Origin: Pseudomonadota bacterium
GTDB lineage: Bacteria; Bdellovibrionota_C; UBA2361; OMIW01
Assembly (NCBI GenBank): GCA_900299205.1
Contig: OMIW01000129.1
Coordinates: forward strand, 1-55,850
Length of the DNA stretch: 55,850 nucleotides
Direction of reading: 5' to 3'
Part shown: one piece after another, positions 55,773 through 55,850 of the stretch
Numbering within the stretch: the stretch's first letter is position 1
Layout of the letters: each line of letters opens with the position of its first letter
Notes under the pieces: model-generated
What the model saw: only the letters and a program-made list of their open reading frames with translations
What the model was told of the DNA's origin: nothing
Databases searched by the model: none
Made by a program: the position numbers and the translations under genes

Positions 55773-55850
55773 GGAGAGATGGCCGAGTGGCTGAAGGCGC
55801 ACGCTTGGAAAGCGTGTATAGGCTAATCCCCTATCGAGGGTTCGAATCCC
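55773..55850 (+). tRNA. tRNA-Ser (anticodon GGA), 3' end truncated by the window edge
   Basis: GGAGAGATGGCCGAGTGGCTGAAGGCGCACGCTTGGAAAGCGTG...GAGGGTTCGAATCCC. Anticodon loop is TTGGAAA. The acceptor 3' strand lies beyond position 55850. Confidence 0.85.

Noticed and set aside
1-55850. Searched for CRISPR arrays, IS elements, integrases, toxin-antitoxin pairs and known defence-system genes
   Set aside because: I could see no spaced direct repeats and no transposase, integrase, recombinase or nuclease/helicase-type defence ORFs. The window looks like core chromosome, with a few lineage-specific genes.

Overview
This is a 55.85-kb chromosomal window from a Gram-negative-type bacterium. The gene content (type IV pilus motor genes, a sigma-54 activator, RpoH, System I cytochrome c maturation with a Cys-type CcmE) suggests a deltaproteobacteria-like lineage (Desulfobacterota, Myxococcota or Bdellovibrionota grade), but that is inference only. 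I can support about 50 protein genes and 5 tRNA genes. I saw no rRNA, CRISPR array, transposase, integrase or prophage genes.

Gene order: a histidine kinase 3' fragment; an SGNH hydrolase, metG and a solitary nuoB on the minus strand; hldD; the conserved rpmH-rnpA-yidD-yidC-mnmE cluster; a Memo-like protein; lepB; a sugar block (manA, malQ, phosphomannomutase); mfd plus a SurA-like chaperone; pilT-pilU. A roughly 6-kb block follows (heme-oxygenase-like gene, degenerate UvrA-like gene, secreted protein, small membrane protein, ygfZ-like gene, rpoH). Then come pilB-pilC and a membrane-anchored sigma-54 activator; speA; a low-complexity lipoprotein; pepA; gyrA; gpsA; heme O synthase; a CcmH-like gene; pyrE; a Ser/Thr kinase; a degenerate LytM lipoprotein; a ccmE-F-(mini ccmI)-A-B-C-D-engB operon; and a tRNA/tadA cluster.

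The most unusual items:
1. A 635-aa UvrA homologue with all ATPase motifs eroded but the zinc-module cysteines retained.
2. A one-component regulator (PilS-like membrane domain + PAS + sigma-54 AAA+ module) sitting where pilS/pilR normally lie.
3. A variant System I with a CxxxY CcmE, plus an unlinked CcmH-like gene with a rearranged cysteine motif.
4. tadA embedded in a tRNA operon, next to its substrate tRNA-Arg(ACG) and all four tRNA-Ser isoacceptors.

All homology statements come from reading the translated ORFs against family motifs and reference sequences recalled from memory. No searches were run, and start codons are provisional.
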